In this document: positions 11,701 to 24,345 of the stretch, piece by piece
Position numbering within the stretch: the first letter of the stretch is position 1
Layout: each line of letters begins with the position of its first letter
Assembly (NCBI GenBank): GCA_030704615.1
Contig: CM060733.1
Location: 68,324,001-68,388,000 of the forward strand
Reading direction: 5' to 3'
Length of the DNA stretch: 64,000 nucleotides
Origin: Takakia lepidozioides
Lineage: Eukaryota > Plantae > Bryophyta
The notes under the pieces: generated by a model
Told to the model about the DNA's origin: nothing
Database searches by the model: none
What the model saw: only the letters and a program-made list of their open reading frames with translations
Translations under genes and position numbers: made by a program

Positions 11701-14700
11701 CTCATGCCCGATCGTGGATAGCCTATGATAATCGACTCTATTTCTTGGAAGCAAGACTGTCATGTCAAACAGGCTAAGTCTTGGCGGAAAAGGGTAGAAG
11801 AGATTTTCAAGTATCTGAATATTAGTCCAGAAGAATTGACCCTAGTGGATGAAGCTGACCTGGAGGGGTCTAACTTCTTTGATATTGATCAAGGTATCGC
11901 ACAAGGTTGTACCCTCTCCCCACTGCTCTTGAAAGTGTTCATTGATTGTCCATTGACTGTAACACAGCTTTTGGTGTTTGCAGAAAGGTCGCGGACCATC
12001 CTCCACATCTTTCAACTGACCCCAGAGGACCAAAGCTAGAGCCACAGCCCGTCACTCCATACTATGTCATAAGCCTTTCTGACATCCAGGAAGAAGACAA
12101 AAGTGGGCTTTCCTTCTCTTTTCCTTCCCTGGATCATCTGGCTTAGAGTGAAGATATGGTCAGTGCAGCCCCTAGGTCTCTGAAAGCCAGCCTGACCTTC
12201 ATTAAAACACCTCTAGACTGCAGATCACCCTCAAAACGGGTGCTTACTATCCTACAAAATTGCTTGCCAACTGCGCTAAGAAGCATGATACACCGATAGT
12301 TCCCAGGCTCTTCTCTGTCGCCTTTCTTCTACAGGTTGACAATGACTCCCTGTCTCCAACAAAAGGGGATCACTTCAGTCTCGTAAGTAAGGTCAAAGAG
12401 AAGGGCAAGGACCTGTACCATAGGGTCAACACCATACTTAATTAGCTCATTGACAATGCCATTAAGTCCCCCTGCTTTATAGCTGCTTAGATGCTTTACA
12501 GCTTCCACGACCTCAGAAGAGCTAATGGGTGTATTGTAACCCTTTGAGATATTCAGGACTGTCTTGGAATAGCGGATCAGTTGTTTCTACTGTGTATTTC
12601 CATTCTTTAGAAGGCCCCTCTCTATTAGAGTTAGATTCACGGCCAAGAAGGCTGTAGTGTGTTTCAAAGTTTTTGACGGTGTCAACCTTTGAAGTCACCA
12701 CTGCACCCTTATTATTCCTTAGAATGTACTTGCTGGCCATTTTTCCTCTTGTACAAACGCTGCAAGGCCAACCAATAGAAAGAAAGAGAGAGTAATTGAT
12801 AGAACATGTCCAAATTGTACAAAGCAGATGAAGAAAGGGGAATATTACCAACCGTAAGGCTGATTCCCTTCCCATCACACATCTCATCCTAAAATTGGTT
12901 GCAAACACATGCTGAACAACGACCGTCAATAATGCAACGGAGTGTAGCTCACCGGCCAGGATAAAGCTTGACTGTTGTAGTAAATTTAGTGTGGGTGCCA
13001 GTGCTCTCTGGGGACATTTGTTTCCCATATGTCCACCCATCAAACGACCCCATTACTTGCACGTCCTACCAGTTCCACAACACTCATTCAGCAATATGGC
13101 AGTCTATCCTAATCTGTCCATCCAACTTCAGACACATCACTATCCAAACCCATCAATGCCAATTTTCGCAGCAGTCAACAAGTTCAACTCTCCCTCCCTC
13201 TGTCTCTCCTACAGCGTGACTCGCAGTCAGATGGCCCTCAAGATGGCCTTCAATTTCCATATCAACCATTATGGTGTGACCCATGGCCAAAAGAGCACAA
13301 CACCCCATGTAATGACAGAAATATGTGTCCTTGGGGATTAAACTCCTCTCTCCCCATAAATTCTAATCTCGTGTAGCCGTGGAAAGGGCTTGATTTGGGA
13401 TTGTTAGACATTGCAATACGTCCAAAACAGATTACTGCAGCCTGGTCGCCTTACTCCTCCACTCTCAGATCAAGGCCTTGATGTGTAACTTCATCTAGGG
13501 GGCACCATCTGTGGACCCTTCTAGAAGAGCTTAATTAGTGTCATGGAAGAAATTAGGGCTTTCAAGAAAACATGGTGGGTACCCGGAGTCTCAAATCGTT
13601 GCGTTACTTGCCAAATGGGTTTCTGATGCTCTTAACCCTTTGTGCTGGGAACTGGGCTTTGCTAATCTGCCTCACACTCGTTCATTATACCCCTACTTCT
13701 GCTCTGTTGGATGATGCAAGGAGGTAAAAGTCATTATTCCTCCTGTCAAGGTTCTGGGGTTTGGTTCTCCATCTGGGCAGCATGGCATAAGATGTGACAA
13801 AATCTCTATCGAATGCCCTCGATTTGAATTGCTGAATGTAGAGGCAAGCCATTTTATGCAAGCTGAATCTAAACTCTGAGGAGGTGGCCGCCTGCTCTAA
13901 ATGATGGGCACATTGCAAGGAGGTCTGTGGGCTGTAAACCATCTCTCATGTGTGTGATTCCAATGATTATGGAGTATGATGGTAGCGCAGGATTGGTTGG
14001 CACAAGAAGAGCTAACTCTGCTTGACAGATTATCAAGACCGTCATTCCTCAAAATTGGATTTGGGATATTCAAGTTTTGGCCTCTTCTCTTTCTACTACT
14101 TCCTGGAAAGGAATGCAAAACCCCAACCAACCTTGATTGCCAATGTCTGAGGTGTACCCAGCCCTCACAGAATATGATTGCTTTCAGAAAGCTTACCTCT
14201 GCCATACTGTAGAATACAAGCTCAACCTTGCGTGTCCTTACAGTGTCCACGTCTTTTATCCGTGCAAGTATAACCTTCTGCAGCTCTACTACCAAAAAAA
14301 CCACTACTTCCATGTGAGAAACTACTCTGGACTGCCATGTAACACCACACTACATTCAACTCTGGCAGTTTCTTCAGTGACTCATGGATTGCAAGTCTTA
14401 TCCCTGTCATACTTTTGGAAACCCCTGCAAGCAGGTCAGAAACCTCTTTCACTCTGGTGGTCAAGACGGGTGAGGAAGTTGAGATCAACATTGCAATACT
14501 TGTGCAATACAAGAACTCACAATTCACAATAGAACTGTGGAAATCTTCAGAAATAAGCAGGGAGTAAGGAGGTGTGACCACCTTCGAGTCTGTGGGCAAG
14601 ATGGTAGTGGATGTAACGGCCATTAATCTTCCGTGTACCAGGTTTGCCTCCTTCCTTGGCTATTTCCTGTGATATATTCAACAGCACCTGAAGACAGACA

Positions 14701-17700
14701 CGGAGTGTGGTGCTTATGGATTGCAAGAGACACATGGTCTAAACTAGAATTTGGACTAAAACCTCCATGGATACAGGATGACTTCTCTCTGCAACTACAA
14801 GAGAAAAACACCATAGGGGCTGACATTAACCCCTTCCAGAAACATGCTCACCTATGTGTCATTACCGGTACAATAGAAAACTCTACCTGAAGCTGAACTT
14901 CCAGAGCTGTCAGATTGTTTCTGCACATCAACAATTTCTTGTCTCTTTCCTGCACCTGTAAAGGATATTCATTGGCAGATTATGTACATTTACCTGCAGA
15001 TATCACCTCATCTTTCATGGTTGCATCCTTATAAGAGCTACCATCAGGCTGTTCGAACCCTTAATTAACCTGCACAAAATCTACTTGAGCTGGCTGTGGA
15101 ATTGAAACCCACCAGGGTATGAAACAGAGTCCAGAACTCCAATAACAGCCAGCCCCTACGCAGTTACACAAAGTTCAGTGCATGAATGAGAATTGAATTT
15201 TCAGGGGAAAAGGGCAAAGAACAAGGGGAAAGAAGCAAAAAAAGCCCTGCAGGAGCCAGGGCCCATGGTAGGGAGAGATGCTTGAACCTCTCTTTGTAAG
15301 TGTTGAGTGTACTTGTTTGCTGCACTCAGCTTTCTGACAAGCTTTGCCCTCACTTCACTTTCGCGAACAAAAGCTAACTGCATTGACATGAACATTTTTC
15401 CAATTTCAGGTATGAGATCAATTGTGTTTGTATAAGCTCTGCAAAGTATAACCCCACAGTTGATCTCATGTTACAAAGAAGAAGGATGACGACTGGAGCA
15501 AGCTGACCTTACCGCCCCTTAATCCCTTAAACCTACTGTCTCCTGTTAGCAGCTGGCACTTAAATTTTCAATTCAATGTGATACCAACATTTTTGTCGCC
15601 CGAATCCTCTCCTAAGTCTTGGAAGCTTCAAGCACCCAAACGACAGCAATGCCGTACCCATAGCTACGTATAAAATTAACAAGACAATGTGGTATAACTA
15701 GGACCACATGCAACTACAGTGCCCTGATCACTGACTGGAGGAGCTGGAGGTCAATCACAATGTCTCTTGTGCCACCTTTAAACAAAGAACCAGTATGGAG
15801 ACTGCATACAAATCACGAACTAAGTTTATCAAGTGGACTGGATTGCAACTAACCTCAGTTATATCTGCTTGCTGTCTACCAAAGGAGCTATAGTTTGAAG
15901 CCCCATTAAACCCTCCATGCTGTTCATCTTCGGCGCGCACCCCCAAAAGCAGTGGAATATCTGTTGATGTCGTCCCATTTGCCATTTGCAGACATAGAGC
16001 CAGGAATCTAAAAGTTTGCTTCTTCTGCATATTAAGAGAAGAGAATAGATACTGCCGAACCTCTACTACTCCAGGTGATGATTCCCCCATTTCGAACCTG
16101 GAGTTCATGTGGTACAATTGTGTGTTTAGTGTAGTCCCACATAAAATATGCCCCCTACATTCAAGATTAGAGTGTCTCACTGGTGGCTGGAAGTTGGGCT
16201 GAGGGAACTCTAACCTGCACCCCCCAGCCACATAAACAGACATTAGTTTTCCATCCTTAAAGTAGGGTCGGATGGTTGAAACAAAGGTGCAACCGCTAAC
16301 CTTTGTCACATGTAAAAGGGAAGGAGAAATGAAGTCAGCATCTGTGACTGTTAGTTATGATGTATAAACATCGAAGGCCCAGAAAATAACCCTTCTAGAC
16401 CTGGTCATTGCCTGGATGATGGCGAGGGCAGCGAGTATTATTTGTTGGAACGTAAGGCATTCCTTCCAATTTTTTCAACACAGCTGACAGTGGGTATTAT
16501 TATGTCATTCCAGTACCTAAAACAGTACCTAAACATAAAACGAGACCCATAGCCTATCACACTGCAGTGCACGTCCTCTGCTACCACATGTCACACATGT
16601 GACTGTAAATGCAAGCTAGACAACTGCCGTGGGAAATTCAGTTGGATTGCCTCAAATACAATAGGGCAACTGAATCCAATCACCATGGTACCTTTGCTTA
16701 AAACTGTCCCATAGAGCATCTGTTTCAGAAAAGTCAATCTGTCTAGAGATATCTGGAAAGCCCACATTAATTGTCTTTATCTTGGTAAGTCCCACTACTG
16801 GAGCGAGCCCCTCACAAAGGTAGTGTCTCTCCCCTTTTGTTCTGCACAAACTGGGCGCAGGGTCTAGGCCAAGGCCAAGCTAGCCTTCGGCGAATCAGGG
16901 GCTGTGTGGATCATATCTTCACTCTAAGCCAGATTATCCCGGGAAGGAAAAAAGAAGGGAAACCCACTTTTGTTTTTTTCTTGCATGTCAAAAAGGCTTA
17001 TGACACAGTGTGGAGAGACAGTCTATGGCTCCGACTCTGGTCATGTGGGATCAAGGGAGAGATGTGAAGAGTTGTCCATAACTTGTATGCTCACACCAAA
17101 AGTTGTGTCACTGTTAACGGACAGAAGTCTAACTTCTTTGACATAGACCAAGGTGTAGCTCAAGGATGTACCCTCTGCTCTTCAATGTCTCATCAACCAA
17201 CTCCTCAAGGATGTGGACAGTGAGGGATTTGGGTTAAGGGTGGGTGATGCCACCATACCAGCCCTTATGTTTGCGGATGACTTCGGAGGCATAGGGGAGA
17301 CTCCTTCCAATCTCCAGGAGTTGATTGATTGCGCGAAGAGATACTTTGACCTTTGGGGGCTAGAGGCTAACGTCAGTAAATATGCAGTGGTGGCATTCAA
17401 TGACCGAGGAGTGGGAGGAGGTGATCTCCAGTAGCAGTGGGGAAGCCAAGAGATTCCGGTCCTCCCTTCCTACACATACCTCAGCGTTGAGTTTTCCTCC
17501 AACTGTAATTGGGATGCACATATTCAGAAAGTTGTTCAAACTGGCAAGCGCAAAGCGCTGGGTCTCACTAAATTTTTCCACTGCAGAGGGATCAACTCTG
17601 AGGTAAGAAAAACCATGATTTGTTATGTTATTAGACCTGCCTTGGAGTACGAATCTGCAATATGGGTTGTTTACTCCAACCAGGCTAAGTCTCTAGAATC

Positions 17701-19725
17701 CATTCAAGTGGGGGTGCTTAAGGAGTACATGTCAGCATGCTCCAAAACAGCCAATGTGGCTGTTCGGGGTGAGTTTGGCATTCCTTCCTTAAGCTCCCGA
17801 CAAGATGAATTCAAGGTCAGATGGTGGAAGCTGCAACATATGTCCAACATCAGATATCCTTAGTTAATCGACTCTATATCTTGGAAGCAGGATCGCCCTG
17901 TCAAACAGGCTAAGTCCTGGTGGAAGAGAGTAGAAGAGATTCTCAAGGATCTGAATCTTAGCCCGCAAGTCTTGACCCTGCTGGATAAATCTGACTTAGA
18001 GGCTGTAGTGTCCAAAGCCATGTCTGTTCCCAGGAAATCGTCTGATGAAAATGAAGTTAGGCAGAAAACTTCCCTGATTGTTTCCAGTCTGTGACATAGG
18101 GAGGACATCATGGATGACCTCAAGGGTCTACCTACTCTCGGCACTAGACTGAAATTTAAACTCAGGGCGGGAAGCCTACCTTTGAACAGCAAACAGAAGC
18201 AGAGAGGAAAGGGAGAGTGCAATTGCCCGTTGTGGGGGCAACCTGAAGACAATATTCATTTTCATTGTCCGGGGTTCTCTCACAAGAGAGACGCTCTCGT
18301 CAAATCTATCCAGGGAATTGTGCCTGTACCTCTGTTTACCAACTTTGAAAGTCTCAAGGCTGAGCCAAAACCCCAGGTCCTTTTGGGGCCTAGTTATTGG
18401 GCAAACCACACACAGCATTGATGCTTGTGTAAAGGGATTTTTCTAGAGGATATCTGGAAAACTCGGATCAATTGTCTGTTCCAAGGTAAGTCATACGACC
18501 GCTGTCAGCCCCTGACAAAGGTAGTTTCTGTCCCTTTGTGTCCCGCTCAAACTGAGCGCGGGGTCAATGGCCACAAGGCTACGGCAAACAACGTCTTATG
18601 AGTACATTCTTGCCTTTGTCTTTATGGTGTAAGTTTTAGATAACACCACTAGAGTATTGCCTAAATCCCCGTTATCCTGTTACAATTATTTTGCCTAGAA
18701 TGGAACGGGATGATGGGAAATGGGTTAGGGTTCACCCTAGGTCCTAACCTAAAGCACCCGTCCTACATGATCAGAAGAGAGGATGCCCTATTAAGATGTA
18801 TGTACTCATAAGACTGTATCTGCCGTAGCCTTGTGGCTATAGACCCCGCACCCAGTTTGGGCAGAACAAAAGGGACCAGAAACTACGTTTGTGAGGGGCT
18901 CACTCCGGTAGTAGGACTTACCTTGATACAAACAATAAGCTCGGGCTTTCCAGATAGCCTTTAGGAAGCCCTTCTTTCATGCTGCCTCATGCTTGGTGTG
19001 GAATGGTGTTGAGAGTAAACACTTGCTTGTGCTATTCTCAAATGGTTGTTGGACTGTAGGACTTCAGATGTTAGGCCGATCACCAGTGGCAGCCTAGCCA
19101 TTTGTTTATCCTTTTTACAAGAATACACCTACTCTAACTCTTACCTTGAAATAGGAAGATGGCTACATGGACTCACTTTGACACTATGACCTCCTAGGGG
19201 GGCTCAAGTATGAGCTTTTTTCAGAACTGCTTCAAAAGAACCAATGCCCTAACTGCTGAGCTATGGCTTTCTCAAGGCTGCAATTTCGACTTCTACGTAG
19301 ATTCTAATACAAGTATTCTAGCATGAATCTTTGGATGCCTCTACTCTACTTATGGAAACTAGGAAAGACCACAAATCTGAGTTTTGCAGACATTGTGAGG
19401 TTCATATGTAAGTACTAGTATTTATTTGAAGGAGCTGGATCATGTCCAGATCTTTAATCTCGTAAAGCGAAAAAGGACTAGAGCCAAATGATCTAGGGCT
19501 GGACAAGTCTTGACATGACTCTAGGTGGTGGATCGACTCTTCCCCCATCGAACCCCTCTGAAGATTGGTGAGAATCCAAGTCTGTCATTGCTTAGTACTA
19601 CCATACAACGTCAATCTCTCGAAGGACAAACAAGCAGAGATGGACACTCATCTCTTCTCTCCATAGAAGGGGCAAAAGACGAATGATTACCTGGAAGAAG
19701 GCGAGAGAATGTTGACAGATGCCAT
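8609..19725 (-). CDS. PTST1: PROTEIN TARGETING TO STARCH 1 homolog (transit peptide, coiled coil, CBM48), 9 coding exons, about 291 aa
   Basis: Exons 19691-19725, 16098-16214, 15854-16007, 15288-15377, 14887-14955, 14582-14687, 14197-14285, 12953-13065, 8609-8711. All introns GT-AG with consistent phase; total 876 nt. Motifs AKLVRKLSAAN, GTRKINGRYIHYHL, MAE-DVQVMGSFDGW, LYPGRYEIKFLVDGDW. The first three exons are less certain. Confidence 0.9.
8752..8802 (-). mobile_element. Very short 3' end of the RTEX-like LINE
   Basis: Reverse complement of ...CAAGGCTACGGCAAAC...TTATGAGTACATT, as at 18570-18608. Confidence 0.7.
10318..10344. repeat. (CA)n microsatellite
   Basis: About 13 CA units. Confidence 0.9.
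10576..12520 (-). mobile_element. RTEX-like LINE, 5' truncated, with two internal inverted segments
   Basis: 3' tail at 10576; C-terminal CPMCGQPEDNFHFLRHCLGY; RT pieces (LFADDF, QGCTLSPLL) lie on the opposite strand at 11188-11947. Confidence 0.85.
12953..13065 (-). CDS. PTST1: PTST1 exon 8 (CBM48 core)
   Basis: DVQVMGSFDGWTYGKQMSPESTGTHTKFTTTVKLYPG, bounded by AG and GT. Confidence 0.93.
14197..14285 (-). CDS. PTST1: PTST1 exon 7
   Basis: LQKVILARIKDVDTVRTRKVELVFYSMAE, donor GTAAGC. Confidence 0.88.
14582..14687 (-). CDS. PTST1: PTST1 exon 6
   Basis: VLLNISQEIAKEGGKPGTRKINGRYIHYHLAHRLE. Confidence 0.9.
14887..14955 (-). CDS. PTST1: PTST1 exon 5 (coiled coil)
   Basis: VQERDKKLLMCRNNLTALEVQLQ, bounded by cag and gt. 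Confidence 0.85.
15288..15377 (-). CDS. PTST1: PTST1 exon 4 (coiled coil)
   Basis: LAFVRESEVRAKLVRKLSAANKYTQHLQRE. Confidence 0.88.
15854..16214 (-). CDS. PTST1: PTST1 exons 2-3 (16098-16214 and 15854-16007), transit-peptide/linker region
   Basis: Open frame with phase-compatible GT-AG sites; little conserved sequence to confirm it. Confidence 0.6.
16740..18608 (+). mobile_element. RTEX-like LINE: a short 3' fragment (about 16740-16878) followed by a 5'-truncated RT-containing copy (about 16879-18608)
   Basis: RGCVDHIFTL, FFLHVKKAYDTVWR, ALMFADDF, C-terminal CCHC-like motif, 3' end TTATGAGTACATT. Confidence 0.88.
18796..18972 (-). mobile_element. Short 3' fragment of the RTEX-like LINE
   Basis: Matches 10576-10750; tail GAGTACATACAT. 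Confidence 0.8.
19691..19725 (-). CDS. PTST1: PTST1 probable first coding exon
   Basis: MASVNILSPSS-R followed by a GTAATC donor; phase 2 matches the next acceptor; Ser-rich MAS start. Confidence 0.65.
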
Positions 19726-22700
19726 GCTCCAGTCCACCAAAACCTGAAGTGCTAACCAGCCTCCATGACAAACTATGAACCGATACCAGCTTTCAATTTC
19801 TGTTTCAAGTCAGAGAGTTCTCGTGTATGGATGCCTTCCCTACCTCTGATCAAGTCTTCTCTCATCAAAACGCTGGCTCTCTAGTACCTGCCGCAATTTT
19901 GAATTCTCTCGATCCGCTGTCCATTTTCTTCCCTCGCATGATGCAATCCCCCTGCCTCTCCTCCTCCTCAAATCAAAATGCACCGCTTCCAAAAGTCAGA
20001 GCCGTACCACTCTTTAGCCGCACCGTTATCTTCCATATAACCGAGGTTTGGGAGGCATTTTGCCTACGTGGCAGAGTTTAATTAGTCCTGGACAGCCTGT
20101 CACCCGCCGTAGCCCACCACCGCCATCCAATACGTCCAAGAAACCCCAGTTATGTCCCGTAGACGGGGAGGCTTGACCGGCTACGGGGTGTGTAGCCGGA
20201 CACCAAGGAATGCGTCGACGCTAAGCGTCTCAGCACTCCTGGTGTCCAGCTACACGTAGTAGCCGGTCTCTCGCCTCCCCGGCCACCTAGTCCATAGTTC
20301 ACACAACAACTCTGTGTGAGACGTCGCTCGCCGACGTGGCGCTCTTTCATTCGACAAGAGCACTCCATATCCAGCTGTCTTCATTTCATTTATTACCTAC
20401 CTACACATATTCACCTGCCTTCATTTTCCTATTTACCTAGGATATCATGTAATTGACGGCTCAGATCCCACATGTAGAAAGTAGGTCAGATCCGACGGCT
20501 TGTGACGTCTCCATGACCACTATGTCCGATAGCAGGGGAGACTCGCCCTGCGCACTGTAGCAGTGCTTCTCTCACCAGTACCTAGTCCGTAGTGAGCAAC
20601 TGGCTGGCCTCGGCACTTGACTATGTCCCAGATCACTGAGGGGGGGATAGGGGCAGCCCCGCCTCCCACCTGCCCCTTGTGCCAAGTCCTCTACGCCACC
20701 CTGACGCCTAAGGGCCTTTACCACATGAGCGGCAGTGGAAGTCCCCGCAACCTGCTCAAGGCCCGCTGATTGGTTGATGGATCGTAAACTGACACCCTCA
20801 GCTACCATGCGGGAGGAACAGCAACGAGAAGGCAATGTGACGTGGTGCTTATGTGGAGCCTCTCCGCGAAAGTAGGATTTCCAGGGACTATTGCTTGGAA
20901 ATCCGAAATGTTAGGGAACTTCTTTGTCGCGATCTGCAACTTCTCCTGGTGGAGCTCATTTGAGTTATTCATTTTTGCTTCTCAACGATCTGTTCCCGTG
21001 CCCGACTGCAGCTCATGTGGTAGCGTTTCTTTGTTTTTGCTGACATGGGCCTACTCTCCATAACATACAGGTGCTACAATCCTAGCCAAGGACTTCCATG
21101 TCCCTCGAGCTCACTGCCACTTGTGTGGTAAGGCCCTAAGTCACCGCCCTCCTATCACACACACCCCACTTGCCAGGGGCACTAGGGCTAAACGCTCTCC
21201 CATATACTCTCAAATGTATGGCTAAAAACAGGTTGAGCCATACTCTTTTAGAGAGTCTATGGCAAATTATAGAAGATACACTACACTTTTATGTTACCAT
21301 ATGTAAGTGTTGTTTTTTCTTTCTTTTTTTGCTTTCGGTTTTGTAGTAGCGTTGGGTTTAAGAATATAGTGCCATACATTATGACTAAATCATCTGAAAA
21401 TATAACAAAAAATGACACACAAAAATTAAATGGCGGACGGAGAACACTACATTCTTCCATTTTAAAGTATCATTTATAATTTTGTTTTGATGAACTTGCT
21501 ATATATGAGTAATAGTATGATGAATAATATGAACTTGATGTACATGACTAATATTATTATATCTTGCTCATGTATAGTTGAATATGTTTTGTTGTGTTTT
21601 GGTAGACACGTGAGATAAAAGGGTATTTTCTTGGGGGGATTTAATTTATTTTTTTTGTTTTTTCTACACCCTATAATTATTTAATTTTCTAATATACAAC
21701 ATATATTAGTAATCTATTAGTACATACTCCGGCTAGCGTAACTAAGAGCCATTTCGCATTGCAGCTACTGCCCCCTTTCAGGGGTGGGCCCTATAATATA
21801 GTTACTGAGCTAATAATAAAATCAATATCTATCCATTTACTATCAGTGACATCGTACTTGAACTTCAGATGCCATCTACACTTAGAGAAGTAATTTAATA
21901 GTACCATGATAGTGGTTGATACCAGAAGGCAGTAGCCCTTCTGGGTCAAGTGACACCATAAGTTACGCTTGCTTCGGCAACGCGTCCACCTTTTTTTTTT
22001 CCTTTTTTTCCTTTGGCTGATCTAAAGTGGCTGACAGGAGATCCCCCATCTAGTGCCCAACTTCCTCCTCATCTTCTGTATCCTATCTATCCACCAGGTA
22101 CCCTGATCCACACCAACAGAAACTGATGCTGGTGCACCCCTCCACCCTCCCTTACCTTTATTTCTACTCAAGGCAACATTTCCATTTGCATCCATAGACT
22201 GCTTGACACGTGTCTTTCAAAAATACCTCCAGCCTATGAGCAATTCTAAATAAAATATAATTGGAGCCTTTAACCTCTACCCTATATTCATTTAAATGCT
22301 CCCGCCTATATTTCTCATATCCTATATAACTCTTAAACTTTGTAGAGAATATATGGCACCCTATATTTTTTTGCACGTTAGGTGGTAATTTTTGGAAGTG
22401 GATCCCCCTAGGAATAGTCTTCACTTAGAAAATGTACAAGTTCGAATTGTGTGAGCAACTCATGACCTTCAACCAAACTGTCTTTTGGTTCTGCTACAGG
22501 GAAGAACATGCATTTATTAAAACCACATTCAAGTGGGGTTGTATTTCTGCATGCCTATGCATGTGGGAGGTCGAGGCGCTGAGAAACAACCCTTTTCATT
22601 ACAAAAGTGCAAATTTAACAATCTTCCAGTTTCCCAATTGTGAGAATTTATTGCCCTCTTTGGCTATGCAATCTAGCAATAGTAATAGCCCCCTCAGAGG

Positions 22701-22740
22701 GTCGGCACATGGAGTCTTGTCTCTCTCTCTCACTCAATAC

Positions 22741-23021
22741 TAGACTGAAATTTAAACTCGGGGTGGGAATCTTGAGGCTGAGCCTAAAACCCTGACCCTG
22801 TTGGAGTAGAATTCTTGGGTAGCTCACTAACAACAAGTTGATGTTTGTGGGAAGGGATATCTCGAAAACCCGAACTAATTTTCTTTACTAAGGTAGGTCA
22901 CGCTACTAGAGTGAGCCCCTCACAAAGGTAGCATCTATTTCCTTTTGTTCCTCGCAAAACTGGACATAGGGTCGATGGCCACAAAGCTACAGCACTGAGC
23001 AAACAATGCTTTATGAGTATA
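22741..23021 (+). mobile_element. Internally deleted 3' fragment of the RTEX-like LINE
   Basis: TGAAATTTAAACTC...GAGCCCCTCACAAAGGTAG...TTATGAGTAT. Confidence 0.78.
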
Positions 23022-23632
23022 TTCTCTCTGTATCTGTCAAACTATAGGGTGGCAATCAGAGGGCTCCACACCTCCATGAAAATCCGTTCAGACAATTCAA
23101 GAAACTTCAAACAGTTCAAGAATTTAAATTACGATGCGGTAATTTGGGTGAAAGGGCCCATTCTCATGACGCCAATAATATCCGCATCCATGCCGTTTTC
23201 TCCTTTTTTTCTTCAGTGCTTTTAAGGGAAATTCAGTAGATTCTATCGCCTAATAAAGTGGTGTGCATGTTATTTTCAGGTCAATTACGACTCTGACATA
23301 TGAACGCGCCTAAATAGGGATGAATAGGCCCATGATAACGGCTAAGTGCCAGTGCCACGAGGGCATGGCACCGTAAGCCACGACAGGACAGTGGCGGGGT
23401 AGTGATCGACTTTACACTACCACGGCCACGATGGTTAAACGGCTAAGTGTTCGGCACTTAGCAGCGGAGTAGACGGGCACCACTACCACACTAGCAGTAG
23501 TGAGTAGTGTAGTGATCGTGGGTCGTGAACCACGATATCGCATGACCACGGTCCAACAGGGAAGCATAGGCTTTACTAGGCTAAGTAGTTTAGTGGTCGT
23601 GGCCCATGTGCCACTATGACACACTACCACGG

Positions 23633-24345
23633 GGTATTTGCAGGATTGGGTGTCTCAATTTTTGCGTAACATGGCAGTTTTTGTAGTGACCTCCCTACAT
23701 GGTTTTACCCATATTTGTTCAACAACTCAATATTTCATCTAAATTTATATGGTGTAACTACAATAGATATGTGTACCAATTGTTAGATTGCAAAAACAAT
23801 CATGTACCAGAGAGCCATGGACTCTTAAAGTTGAGTACTGTGGACTGCAGATGTTACACATAAAATCTTATGGACTGAAAAAACATCATGTACACTCATA
23901 CAATGACACAAAGGAAAACACACTAGGGGTGCCATTTTTAAATCCAACCCAAATCCACTTTTATGTGGACTAATTATCTTAGGAATTGAGAGCTATGGAC
24001 TATTTTGCACCTAAAAACAGGTTGATTTGCTCTAGTCCATAACATCTTATGTTTTGGGTTTTTGAGGTGTCTTCTTTTACTAAAAATGCATACAAACCTA
24101 TAATCTAGAGGTGCTAGGTGGCATATGGACAAGTGGTTGTAAACTCTAGATTTTGATGTCTAAATGTTTATCTAGTAAAGAACGTTTTTAATCTTTGAGG
24201 AGGGACTCTTTACTAAAAATGTTATATATACTACTATCTTTTTTTTTAAATAAACTGAAAGCAATAGATTAAATAAAATAAAATCCATGGACTTCCAATG
24301 GACTCAACATGTGCCGTTTTTTATCCACCCAATCCTGCAACTGCC
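23633..24345. mobile_element. AT-rich MITE inside the C1 LTR
   Basis: TIR of about 20 bp (GGTATTTGCAGGATTGGGTG / CACCCAATCCTGCAACTGCC); absent from the C2 LTR; TSD unclear. Confidence 0.75.

Noticed and set aside
14290-14480. Extra PTST1 exon inside ORF 14222-14623
   Set aside because: Exons 6 and 7 join in phase and match the known PTST1 sequence without it.
20100-21150. Possible very decayed gag fragment on the minus strand
   Set aside because: Only a vague resemblance; no LTR, PBS or intact motif.
21183-22410. Possible hAT-like MITE (TAGGG...CCCTA)
   Set aside because: The inverted match is only about 5 bp and no 8-bp TSD was found.
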